This document shows, one piece after another, positions 1-25,823 of a stretch of DNA of 64,000 nucleotides. The position numbers and the translations under genes are program-made. The stretch lies in the NCBI RefSeq assembly GCF_009914755.1, contig NC_060936.1; one strand, 5' to 3'. Source of the stretch: the human T2T-CHM13v2.0 reference genome, Homo sapiens. The notes beneath the pieces are model-generated. The model had not been told where the DNA came from. It saw nothing but the letters and a program-made list of their open reading frames with translations, and ran no database searches. Numbering within the stretch: the first letter of the stretch is position 1; each line of letters opens with the position of its first letter.

Positions 1-1249
1 ATGCAAGGTAATAATTCTATGCTGGGAAACAGGACGCATGTGAATATGTGATACATGGGAGCCTTTCCTGGCTGAATCCAAGGTCAATCATTCATTCGGT
101 GAAAAGCTGAACCTTAATGGATTAGTTTCTTTCTTAGAATGAACTTTTACAGACATGTTTTTCAAACTCAAGTCCAATGGGCTATGATAATCCACTGTCC
201 CATAACACTGTCCCATGTCCCAAGTCACGGCAAGTGGAAACACCTACCCCAACAACAAGCCCAAGACAAAATGGCAGCAAAGACTGTTACTACCTACCTG
301 ATTGAGGACAGGGAAGGAGGTATGCAGCGACTAGATTCTGTCCTGTTGCACTGACCCAAGCAATCAGACTCTTGCAGCAGATCTCCTCCCAATAAAACTT
401 TCATGCCATAGACCAGGGGTGACCCAATCCAACAACAGCAGAGACAGGTTTTAGGTTACATTTCTCCCTCACCGGGACGGCCTTACTATTTCTTCTCACT
501 CCTGACCACATACCACAATCCTCCACCTCCACCACCACATTCCTCCTGGCCTGGAAAGATGGAGACCCGCCTTAATGCAATCAAGACGGGAATTCCCCCA
601 AAATAACAGCTACCACTTTGCTAATCAAGTGGCCCGTTTTAACAGGGAACTCCACCTCCCCAACTCCCGCCCCTTCCCTCAAACGATTCGCGTAAGCAAT
701 GGCTCCATTTTCTGTTCCGGGAATCCTGGTACTTCCTAAAGAAAGAAAGCGGATTGGAAGACACAAACTGAGGGCCAGTGACAAGATGCTCCCTCCTCCT
801 GTGAGACCGCCCCCGCTCCGCCTGGGGAGGAAGGCCCCACCTCTCTCCTCCCAGGAAGATCAGATCCCCCTCCCTCTTCTCCTGCCTCCTCTCCACCCTC
901 TCCCCACTTGCTGCCCTCTTCCCAACCTGCGGTTCCCTAGACTCGAAAGCGCAACCTCTACCACAATAGCGCCCATGTGGTGCCCCAGCAGCCTGCCCTG
1001 TTGGCTAACCCCCAACCCCCCTACGCACCCCTGCCCTATGATGGGGGAGGGGGTGTAACCACAGCAAGGCTTCTCTCCCGTCTCCTATTGCTAAGGTGGG
1101 GGAGGGAGAGGGAGTAGAAGAAAGCAGCATTCCCTAGCCCTTTAACAGAAAAGATACAAACAGCCATCACCGCCCCCTCATCACCTCTCCTCGGACGGTT
1201 TTCCTCTCCCTCAACAGCACACCTCCTGCAGGCGACAACCTAACTGCAG

Positions 1250-1900
1250 CCCAGGTCGCCCCCTTGAGCGAGGCGGAGGACAAATCCGTGTGCGCCCCCC
1301 ACCCCCACCCCAGCTCTGCGTCCTTCAAATGCGGGGGCAGGCGTGAAGCTGGCCCGACGCACCCTCTCTGAGCTCTCGGGTGGGAAGAATCCCACCGCCC
1401 CACGCCAAGCAGTGCCGGGCGGGGCCCGGGAGGCGCTCTATCTCCTCAGCCCTCACCCTGACCGAGCCTCTTCTCTACCGGGACCCGCCTTCCCTTCCCA
1501 GCCTCTCACCTGTTCCTGCTATCAGCTGCGCCGCTGCGGCCGCCGCCTCTGCCCCGCAGGTTCCGCTCCGCTCCCTCTGGCTCCCCAAGCCGACTTCAGC
1601 CCGGCTGCTGCCCTGGCCCACTCCCCGGCTCCCTCCTTCCTTCCCTCCACCTAGCACCGGAAGCCGCGACGGCGACTGGAGCTGTGCGGCGTACCCCCAC
1701 CCCCAGCCCGGGATACTTCCCACCTCCCCGATCGCGCGAGAGCTGCGCGGTAGCTAGCGGCAGTTCTCGCGAGACCCATCACCATGGCAGCGGCTGCAGC
1801 ACCGGCAGCCGGGCGCTGGAGCTGGAGTCAGGGCGGGGGCAGGTGTGGGGGCTGTGGGCGGCGGAGGCGGGAGCCGTGAATGGGGATGAGACAGTGAGGA
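1250..1900. promoter_or_regulatory. CpG-island housekeeping promoter (ARF3)
   Basis: High CpG/GC content; perfect TCTCGCGAGA palindrome at 1765-1774 (BANP/ZBTB33-type motif); ETS core CCGGAAG at 1657-1663; GGGCGG GC boxes. Confidence 0.8.
1510..1780 (-). other. ARF3: Non-coding first exon (5'UTR) of ARF3; intron 1 runs off the left edge of the window
   Basis: Seen: CpG island with a minus-strand donor CAG|GTGAGA (exon ends at 1510). The name comes from known gene order next to WNT10B; no ARF3 coding sequence is in the window. TSS is approximate. Confidence 0.7.
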
Positions 1901-2461
1901 CTGAGGTGACAATCCCAAGCTCCAGGGTTGTGCCTGGAATTTAAGGACTGAGGCGGCAAGTTGGCTGCGTAGGAGACGGGCTGGGCTGAGGGGCCCAGGG
2001 GCTCCTTGGGCAAAGCCAGCATCGGGATATGGGTGAACAGTCGTTGCTGTGGCATGCCTTACCCAGCCAGCCTTCATCTTTATTTCTTAATCTGGGCTAG
2101 CTGCCATCCCCTGAAAGCCCTCACCGCACCATTGTTGTTGCTCACTATTCCTGAGACTAGATTACTGTGGGGTCTGAATCAAGAGATCCTTTCCCATAAG
2201 GAAGAGGAAGGAGAGTGATGAACTTAAGAGGCTAAAGGAAAACAGCTGGACTCTGAGCCAGTTAAGTTGGAACTTGAAAGACGGAGAGTGGAAACCTAAT
2301 ATTCAGAAGTGTGGTTTGAGGAAGTGTGCCTAGATGAGTAGGGATTTTAGTATCCCAAGGAAAGGTGAAGGACTTTGCACCCATATTTCTTGCTTCCTAC
2401 CCACTCCTACTTCCCTCACACTCCGTTTTGCACCTGGTCTAGACATGCAGAACTGCCTTGA

Positions 2462-4890
<2,429 letters not shown>

Positions 4891-4944
4891 GCTCTGTGTT
4901 TTTAAGGACAAAAGACACCTCCAGTATTTTGTTGTTGTTGTTCA

Positions 4945-5043
4945 TGTCAAATGGATAGTGTGCCAATGTAACAAGGTTTGAGGGTGGCACATCTCACATG
5001 TGTGTAAGCACCCAGTCATTATGCTTATGAACTACAAAAGGAT
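4945..5043 (-). pseudogene. Retroposed U13 (SNORD13) C/D snoRNA pseudogene
   Basis: Reverse complement reads ATCCTTTTGTAGTTCATAAGCATAATGACTGGGTG...TGAGATGTGCCACCCTCAAACCTTGTTAC...TTTGAC, matching U13 as I recall it. It has an A-rich (AAC)n tail and an 11-bp TSD cctccagtatt at 4918-4928 and 5047-5057. Confidence 0.88.
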
Positions 5044-6184
5044 CTTCCTCCAGTATTATTACTCCTAGAGTGGGTTTTTTGATATTTCCATGTGATTACT
5101 CTTTCATTTATTTCTCTAGAAATTTCTAGTAACACTCCACCAGGTTATCCCACCATGCTGTCCACCAAAACTATGATTTATAAAACCTCCCTAGTGCCCT
5201 TACCACGTGCACATGCCTGTGGAACTCAGACAAGGAGGTGGAACCTGTTGATATTCCTGCCCAGTGCTTCAGATCTTCTCAAGGTTTTATCCCCAGTGCA
5301 ATAGAAAGATGGAAATGGTGACAGTCTAATGTAGTAAGCAGCAGGTACCATGGTATGTCAGTCAGGACTGATTAATGGGACTAGAGAATCTCCCAGCGCT
5401 TCTGTCCTTCACCTGTCTGGAGTCTGAAGAAGAAAACGTCTGTTGCAGCATCAGAGTGCGCTGCCCATGGAGCAAACAGGAGCAGAGATAGGAGGAGTGC
5501 TGCCCAGCTGGCAATTAGCTGGCCACTGCCCCTCCCTAACTTCCCAGCCACTTGGTAAAGGCCAGCAGGAGTAGAACTCATCTGGAGCTGAAGAGGGACA
5601 AGAGGCCCGTCTTACAGTTCATCAGCCTTTCTCCCTCCCTCTGGCTGCCATTGGAGCCTAGTAAAAGCTGAAATTGTAGCCACCAGCTCTGTGGGTTGCA
5701 TACTCCAACCCTGTCGCTGACCCCAGTGCATGTGCTAGGAGCAGGGATAGGGAGTGGCGAAGGGGTGTGTTGGCCTTGCTGACAAAATCCATTTGGAATT
5801 TGTCAAGGTTGTGGTTTGGGGCTTAAGTTTGCCACACAGTGTGTCTGATGAAGGAAGAGGGAACGCTAGAAAGGAAAGAGGGACCCAAAGTACAGAGGAA
5901 GGAAACAGGAAAAAGCTGAAATAATCATGCTGTGACTCTGTTAGAGATTCTCCTTCCTCGTCCTGAGTGTGAGAAGTTCTGATTATAAATATTCTTTATC
6001 ATTATTCTCTTATATCCTATGCCCATTCTAAGTGCATCCCCTCTTCCTTCCACATACACTAGGTTCAGTAAGTGCCTGAAGTAAGGATGGGATTTCTCCT
6101 GTCTCCATCAAATTTCCAAACCCAGAATTCTCAATGCTCAAGTGGAAATCCAGGACATAAAATTTGGCCACAAAGTTCTGCCCT

Positions 6185-8770
<2,586 letters not shown>

Positions 8771-9039
8771 AGGACAAAAAACATGCAAATAATTCCATGA
8801 GAGAACATGCTGGTTTTGCTAGTTTCCAGAGGGAAAAACTCCCATTTCAAGCATATGAATCTCTTTTATACGTTTCCCATCAGTCTTGCATCTATATCCC
8901 AAGTTCACTCCTTTGGAACCAGAGAAAAAAGTACCTGTTCTTTTGGGTCCAAATTCAGTGTTGAGATACATTTAGGACTGAAAAACTCCAGAACAAAGGC
9001 AACCTCGTGGTCTAGAATGAGGGTCAACACACTGCAGCT

Positions 9040-9262
9040 AGGGGACCAAATTTGGTCTTGCAGCCCATTTCTGTGAATGAAGTTTTACTGGACACGGCCA
9101 CGCTCATTCGTTTATGTGTGGTCTATGGCTGCTGTTGATCTATAACAGCAGAGTTGAGTAGTTGTGGCAGAGTTGAATAGTTGGGACAAAGACCACAAGT
9201 GTAATGTATTTACTATCCAGCCCTTTACCGAAAAAAAACAAAAAAATTGCCAGCCCTTGTTC
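9040..9262. mobile_element. MER58-like hAT DNA transposon relic
   Basis: Blocks resembling MER58A: aagttttactggacacggccacgctcattcgttta, gtctatggctgct, acagcagagttgagtagttg, tatttactatccagccctttac. Confidence 0.7.
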
Positions 9263-9554
9263 TAAGGCAGTGATCAAGGTGAAATCTGGAGTTGAGGCGC
9301 ATAGAGAGTCAATAGGGCCTACATCTGGAACTCTAGCCCTTCCCACCTAGGAGTCCTTCCTGGTTTTACAAAGGAAAAGTTGCCAACAAAGTCACTGAGA
9401 TTCATTTCAAATCCTTTGCGGAACTCAGCAGGATATACATAAAGTCACTGAGTGTAGGAAGGTAGGAGAATTCACCTAGAAAAGAAGCTATGGACTGGGA
9501 TCCCAAGTGTGGGTACATACATCACCATCTGCATCCACCAGTCCAGTAACTTAA

Positions 9555-9560
9555 TTTATT
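9555..9560 (-). terminator. WNT10B: Poly(A) signal AATAAA of WNT10B
   Basis: tttatt on + strand, about 740 nt downstream of the WNT10B stop codon. Confidence 0.75.
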
Positions 9561-10296
9561 TTAGTTTCAAACAGGAACCAAGAACAAGTCTCAGTATGAT
9601 AAATTATCCCTTCCCACCCTTCCTGCTGAAGAAGGAAAAAGAGGCTCCAAGAGTCATGGGAAAACCCCTTCCTTTGGAGGGTCCCCATTAACATCTGAAT
9701 GGAAGGAGACAACTTCCCTAAGGGCCTGGACAGACAACTCTCTGAGGATTCAGGGGAGAGTGCCCCTCAGCACTCTGTCTCTTTCCCAAGAAAAACCTCT
9801 CTACCACTGTCTCCCATTATCCCACAAGAGGGAGCCCAGGCTGCAGTAAAGGAGTTTGGGGATAGTACATAGGAGTGGGTGATCTCTTTCTAGATACAGA
9901 TCTTATGGCTCCAAACAGTGCCTGGGGTTATCCCTCAAGGGAGAGGAGTGGTGAAACTATAGGGACTCCCCAGCCAAAAGGAGTATGAATCAGGGTTAAA
10001 GGGGCTCTGGAGTTGAGAAGTGGGAGGAGCAATACAGTGCATTTCATCTTAGTCCATTCAGGTGTCTAAGGAGCAGAAGAGGGGTGGCAGCTTCCCCTCA
10101 AGACCCTCCAATTGTTGGGGAGAAGGCTACACATCCCAGAGTCCACCTGACCCCCACCACCCCTAAAGCTGTTTCCAGGTAGATACTTTAAGCTTCCAGG
10201 GACCAAGAGTGACCTTGGAAGGAAATCAGAGCAAAGGGCTGAAAAGGCGCCCCTCTCACACAGTCCTCTTCCCCAGCCCCAAGGTAAGGCTGACCC

Positions 10297-14797
<4,501 letters not shown>

Positions 14798-15655
14798 TCA
14801 GGAATAGGACGGCTCGCTTGGGGAACCAAGTGACGCCCTTCTTCGGGCTCCTAACCCACCGGTGCCACCCTACTGACCCTTCTCATTCCTCCTCAAACAA
14901 AACAAGAAGAAACACCCCTTGATTCCCAGAGTCCCTGAGGCTTGGAGGTCTTAAAGAAGAAGAGTCAAGGCGTTGTCCCAGCTCAGGACTCAAGCGAGCA
15001 CCCCTGGAACCTTGCCCAATCAGACACAACGCCCGGCACACAGACACACACTCACTTGCAAACTCAGACACACAGACTCACAAACACTTGCTCCACAACC
15101 TCGCCTACTGCTCCCTTTTCCAGGGCCCCACGACTAGCTTCCCCGCCCTCACAGGGCTAGGGAGAGGGATAGGGAGGAGGTTCCCCACCACCTAAGGGGG
15201 TGTCACCTCCAGGTGTCATCAAGGGCAAGTAGGCTCCATGAGAAAGGTCTAAGAATGAGTTCCCCACTCACACTGCCCCCTCCCTGAGCAGCAAGGAAAG
15301 AGGAGAGGCTCCAGGTGCAGGAAAGATGGGGAGGAGAGCCTGGCTCCCTCCTAAAAGGGACCGTGGCACAGACTGAGTCCTCTTCCCTATCCCCCACCTT
15401 GCCTAACTACAAGCTCCCCTCCTCCATAGTCGCCCGTCTGGTCCTCACCCCTTGGCTCTCACATTCATTGCATTCTAAATCTGGGGGCACTCCTTTATTC
15501 TCTGTGTCTTTATCTCTAGCAATATCTCTGGCTCTCTATGCGTCTCTGTGCTTCTGTGGGTGGATGCGTGTCTGTCTGTCTGTCTGACTACACACGTGCC
15601 TGTCTCTTCCTCGTGTGCACGTCCCTGCCCTCCCTGCTTTCCCAGGTCTAATTAC

Positions 15656-15900
15656 CTCCAGTGGTTTGGGTGCGGGGTCCGAGACAGGCACGGTTGGGTT
15701 GCCTGGGCTTCACTAGTGCTGCTTAAACCGTGGGGAGACTGCGCTGGGTTCTGTCCCCTTGTCAGAGCCGCATTCTTCCAGGGCCGGGCCACTCCTCTTC
15801 ACCGCTTCCCCAGCGCCGCCGCGGCCGCCGGGAGGAAGGGCGGGAGGAAGGGAGGGAGTGATCGAGAGAGCTAGCAAGCCGGCGAGCAAAGGACTGGGGG
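15656..15900 (-). other. WNT10B: WNT10B non-coding exon 1 (5' boundary approximate); exon 2 acceptor at 14770
   Basis: Donor GAG|GTAAT at 15656/15655 within a GC-rich CpG region; acceptor ccgcag|GTCC ahead of the ATG-containing exon. Confidence 0.65.
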
Positions 15901-16039
15901 CTCTGGCTTTGCTCTCACCGAGCTCAGGGTGGCTCTGCCGGGCTGACGGAGCTGCAGCCCCTCCCCGAGCCTGGGGCTTCCCCACCCTACCCTCCACTCC
16001 CAGCCTTGACCAGGCGAATGCAGCCTCCCCCTCCTCCCA

Positions 16040-16052
16040 GCGCGCGCGCGCG

Positions 16053-16096
<44 letters not shown>

Positions 16097-16110
16097 CTCT
16101 CTCTCACACA
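16040..16110. repeat. Compound microsatellite (CG)10(CA)16(CT)6
   Basis: Read directly from the sequence. Confidence 0.97.
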
Positions 16111-18829
16111 CCCTCTCCCCCGACGCCTGGGTTCAGGCTTGGCCCCACTGAAGAAGGAGGTGGCCAGAGTTCCTCTCACCTGATCTGGGGTCGCCAAGGC
16201 TGCAGGGAGGGTGTAGTAACCTTCCTAGGGAGCCAGAATGGGGCCCAAATGGCCACATCTTTCATCACTCCTCTTTGCGTCAGTTTCTCCACCAAGATCA
16301 GGGTGGCTGGAAGGTGCCTTTGACAAGATGAGGATGGAGCCAGACAGTCTTTGGGCTTCTCGGTGTGGGACAGTCACATGTGGCACCCACAGCCTGAGCG
16401 CACCCGGGGTACTCAGAGCGGGCAGGAGAAGCACACGTCTGGGCAGCTTGGTTCCCACCCTCCTCCAAGCCCTGCGCCTGCCCCTTTGGAGGGGACAGCT
16501 TTGGCCTCAGAGTTTGGCCCTAGCAGAGGTTCAAGTAGCACCAAAGATTGTCAGCCTGCGCCGATGCTTCCTTGCCTGGCAGGGATGCTTGCCAACAGAG
16601 GTATCCTACCCTTCTCGGGATTCCCCCGGTCTGCACTTTGGGTGGCCTGGATTCCTGCTCCAAGCTGTAGACTTGCTTCTTATGGGATGAGGAGGGCCTT
16701 GGGATCCAAAATTGAGCCAAGCCCAAGGGCAGCCGGGAAAGAGCCTGGTCTTGGGGTGCACAGGCAAAGGCAAACCGCCTTAGGGAGACCCAGTGGCAGC
16801 GAACGGGTTAGGCGCCACCGTGCTCCCGCCTGACTCACCCTCGAAGCTCTAACCACTGTGGGCTATTTTTGCCAGAGAGGGGCCCCAGGCTTTCCAGCCG
16901 CCCCCCGCCCCTGCCAGACCGCAGCCCAAGGCACGGCTGGCCCCACGCGCCCCAGGCACATTGACTCAGACTGCCCCCAAGCAAGCAGAGGAACAGGGAT
17001 GATACCCACAACCACAGTCACCTCTTCCTTGGTGGTGGCGTTGCAGCTCTGCTGGGCAGCCAGCCTCCAGTCTGTGCTGCTGGAGGTCCTGCCCGTGCTG
17101 CAGGGGTCACTGTTGGATAGCGGGCACAGCAGTCTGAGACAGGAGATCGAGCAAACTTACATCTGTTGGGATATTTACAGATCACCTTTACGTGCCAGGC
17201 TGTGAGCAGTCTGGGGAGGTGAAAGTGCCATGGTCCCTGACACTGGACAGCCTGGACCAGACTGCTTTTCTCTGATTCCCTACCTCTGGGATGGGGAAGA
17301 GGGAGCACTAGAGTTCCTGACCCTCCTTCCCATTTAGAGGACAAGAGCCAAACCATGTGTGGTTTTGGAGGTCACCAGAATCTGCAAGCCCCATCTCATA
17401 GTTTTCATCCTTACACCTGGATTCATGATCCCCACCAGTGTCCTTATCCTTTTTCTTGCAGTCACCCTGGGATTCCTGCCAGGTCCTTGGAAGAGGGGAA
17501 TGAGGTTGCCTAAGCCTCTCTTCTCCATGGGGACCTCATGGACATTTGTATTTCTCCATGTGTCTCTGGGTCCCCCTTAGGTTTGGGATTATTTTTTGCC
17601 TTCTGATTCTACCCTTGTCAGGCTCCAGCATACAGCCAGGTGCCAAGAAGGGGCGAGGGGCAGAACTACTACAATAGGTTTCAACTTCCTGGTGACCCTA
17701 GGTCTCCCCAAGCAGGACTGTTCCAAATCCAAGGACCCAGAGTCCTGCTCCTTCTCTCTACTGAAGCCCAACTCTGGGACAAGAGGCCACAGGCCGGCAG
17801 ACTGGGTGGCCTGAGCTGGCCCGCAGTGCCCTCAGCCCGACCGGCTGGCCTGAGCACTGACCCGCAGGCGGCTAGAGGGCGGTGGGACAGGCGGGGCCTG
17901 GAGAGGGCTGTGGGTGCACACCCATTGCCTAATACCCCAAGCACGCGGCCAGCTCCAAGAAAGGGGAGGGACGGGAACCAGAGAGACCTTGACGTGGGTC
18001 AGGGCCAATGACAGGAGGGGGAAAGTGGGGGGCTTTCATCACTGCAGGGAGGGACTAGGAGCAAGCTGGTTCCCCTTCCCCTCAATGAGAAGAGTGGAGG
18101 GCTGCCCTTCCCATCCTAGGGATGGAGGGTGTAACGAGAGCAATGTGGGAAGAACACTGGGGCCCTGGAGGGCGGGGGTCAAAGAAAAGAGTGGGGGCCC
18201 CTGGAGATTGGGGGATGTCGAGCAACTGAGGCGGTGGCTAAAGCCTCAGAAGCCTCCTCCTCCTCCTCCCCCCATGTTTGCCTTGGCCCGGGGTCCCGGG
18301 TGACTCATCTGTTGCTGAGCCGCTGATAGGGGAGGCCAGACCCGGGGAACCCAAATTATAGGCCCAGGAGGGATGGATGCGCCCGTGGCGGTGAGCTCAG
18401 CTGCGCTGCCCACCCTCCGCTTAATGCGCCTTCTGCTGCAGCACCGTAGGCCACCACCTGGAGGCACCAAAGGGTCTGCGGGCCGACTGCATACTGGACT
18501 CTCAGGAAGGCCCCACTTTCAGCAGTCCACTCCAACAAATCCATGGGATTACCTTAGACAGAATTTTGCCCCCTTCTGTACTCAGGCCTAATGGATGGGC
18601 TGTGCCTTCCCAGCCCAAGGGGGCAGTGCTGCCTGCGGGTGCTTCAAAGGAGGGTAGGCTCCTCTGCCCACAAACTCTAAACCCTGGAGCCCTGCTTCCT
18701 CCCCAGATCCCAAAGTCAAGGCAAAGCCCCTCTCCCCTCTAACATCTCACCTCTAACCCTATTCCAGGGGGGTGGTTTGCTACTGATTTTCAACTTCAAG
18801 CCTTTAAAGTCATCCACGGTCAAAACTGA

Positions 18830-19500
<671 letters not shown>

Positions 19501-19735
19501 GGCTCTAGTAATTAAATCAACCCTTTTGATTTTTGCAGTAAAATGGAGCACTGAAATGGAGCAATCTTGGGCAGTAATGTGGGGTCTAATGAAGTTTTTG
19601 GGTTTTTCAGATGGGTACTATTGCAGCATGTCTGCATGCTTATGTGTATGTTCCAGGAGAGAGATAAGTGGATGATGCAGGAAAGAAAGAGGGGACAGTT
19701 GATATCATGATTATTTGATCTAAATAGAAAGTTGG

Positions 19736-19838
19736 GTGCTTGTTTTGGCAGCACATATACTAAAATTGGAATGATATAGAGATTAGCATGGCCCCTGCAC
19801 AAGGATGACATGCAAATTTGTGAAGCATTTCATATTTT
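19736..19838 (+). pseudogene. U6 snRNA pseudogene
   Basis: GTGCTTGTTTTGGCAGCACATATACTAAAATTGGAA...GATTAGCATGGCCCCTGC...AAGGATGAC...CATATTTT is near full-length U6. All CpGs have decayed, the ACAGAGA box is mutated with a 3-nt deletion, and no PSE/TATA promoter is evident. Confidence 0.95.
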
Positions 19839-20866
19839 GAAAAAGAAATGTCAGCCAGGTCATAAACAGTGTGACCCAGATCTAGGGGCCTTACCCTCTT
19901 GCCCCCTACTCCTGGTGTGTGGAATGTTGGAACAAAGCACAGTGGCTCCTTTCCTCTCTTCCCACCTCTGCTTGACAACAGTCGTCAAAGACAGGGCTTC
20001 CATATTTTCCAGCCAGCCTCCCACCCTCACGGTGTTGTATCAATCCACCAGGCCAAAAGATGTGACCCAGGCCCCAGTGGGAAGAAACTCATAAGGGATA
20101 AAGGACAGGCTCCCCGTGATACATTGTCCATTTACTTGAGCTATCTATGCTGGGTGCTCTCTGCAGGGACTACTGGCTTTTGGATCTACGGAGGGTGCTG
20201 GACCACTACACCTTTTCCCTCTGGGGTGGATCCTTGGAAGGGCCAGATATACTAGGCTGGGCAAAAGGGAAGAAAAAAGGGAAAGAAGGACATTTCTTTC
20301 TAAAATAACTTCCATCAGGCTTCATTTGGGTTAATATGCATCTCATTTAAAACACAAGTGCCCGGGAATATTAATGAAACTTACCTGGCATTTATTCCTT
20401 AGAGTGATTTCCCTGCCTTAGAAGGGAATCCTAGTCATTTCTGGGACTTGAGACTTTAGGTTCAGGCCTGGGGAAATTTCTCAGTCAGAAGGCATCCTAA
20501 AAGACAAGGGAGATGAAAAAAATGAGAGCTAGAACTCAAAAGGGAGGCAGAAAGGCCCAAAAAATTATTTTTACCCATCAATTTTGAGAAGGGTTCCCAG
20601 CCTGTAATTGCTGCACACTGGCAAGCAGCTGGTAAGGTCGAAAGAGCATGGGCTTTGAGTCAAATTGGTCTGGGTTTTAATCTGGCTCTACCATTGATTC
20701 ATTTATTAGACGTGGACCTTGGACAAGTGCCTGATCTATTTTTAATTCTGCAAAATGGGGAGAGAGAAGAGATCTTCCCTCCTTCCAGGGGCCATGTGTG
20801 TGGTGGTGGGGCATGATAACCAGGCTGGCAGTGCCCCCTATTCCCCATATAGGGAAAAGCAGCCAC

Positions 20867-21162
20867 TTTTTTTTTTTTTTTCAGATGAAGTCTTGCTCTG
20901 TAGCCCAGACTGGAGTGCAATGGCGTGATCTCGGCTCACTGCAATCTCCACCTCCCAGGTTCAAGCCATTCTCCTGCCTCAGCCTCCTGAGTAGCTGGGA
21001 CTACAGGTGTGCGCCACCACACTCAGCTAATTTTTGTATTTTTATTAGAGATGGGATTCCACTATGTTGGCCAGGATGGTCTCGATCTCCTGACCTCATG
21101 ATCCACCTGCCTCGGCCTCCCAAAGTGCGGGGATTATAGGCATGAGCCACCGCGCCCAGCCT
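20867..21162 (-). mobile_element. Alu
   Basis: Full-length Alu consensus preceded by poly(T). Confidence 0.93.
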
Positions 21163-22089
21163 GTCACTTCTTCAATAGGAGGCCTAAATGGCCTTGAAGC
21201 TGAGTAGGAGTCCCTGGGAGAGAAGAGAAAAGTGTACAATGGATGAGATGGTCACAGGCACTCTGGGTATCCCAGTGTGGTGGGAACTAGAGCTTTAGGG
21301 AAAGACAGAAACTTGGCAGAAACATCCAAAGAGAAGCAAACACATGGAGGCACAAGTTTCCTCATCTAGGTTCAATGTAGCCAGCAACCCTTGTCTTCCC
21401 AGTCCTCTCCATCACCATACATACAGTGGACATCCGCACCATTTCCCATCCTTTCTGAGCCTAGGCCTCAGAGACTTAGCCACTCCAGGCTGGGTTCACC
21501 TCAATACCATCTTGGTTGTAGGCTCGGCTCTCTCCCCCAATGACATGCACTGGTTGACACATACCACAGTGTGACACGCCATAGGATGCCACGAGGTACA
21601 AAGGGCAACAGAATGACGCATACACACATATTTAATCTTCCCATGCACATGCTCATCCACCCACTCCACACACAGTCCAGACACTCTGCATCCCTCAATC
21701 ATGCTTCTGAGTCTCCTGTCGACAGTTGCCACCTCCTTCCTGACACACTGCCCCAGGCGGTGACTGTGACAAGGTGACTCCATGACCTTTTCTGACTTGA
21801 GCTAAATTCCAAAATTCTTTGGAAAGTTTCCTAACATCCTTCGTCAGAACAAGGAGTTTCTGCACGTACCAACACACAGGAGGATGCACCCTCAGAACAC
21901 AGCACATTCTCACTCCCACCCATATTCACGTTGTTCCACTTCACACACACACACACACACACAGCCACTTGTGCGCTTCTTCTGGCGCACATGAGCAAAC
22001 TGCCTGTTGCTTTAGGTTTCTCTCCACCGCTAGGCTCCTTTTGGTTAGCTCACCCCCACAACTCATCCCCGGGATTTCCCTGACCACAG

Positions 22090-25823
<3,734 letters not shown>

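Noticed and set aside
17022-17133. Coding-looking segment bounded by a minus-strand AG and GT; considered as a lost Wnt6 exon or an upstream WNT10B exon
   Set aside because: No Wnt-like cysteine or tryptophan pattern in the frames I translated, splice sites are ordinary, and nothing else supports it.
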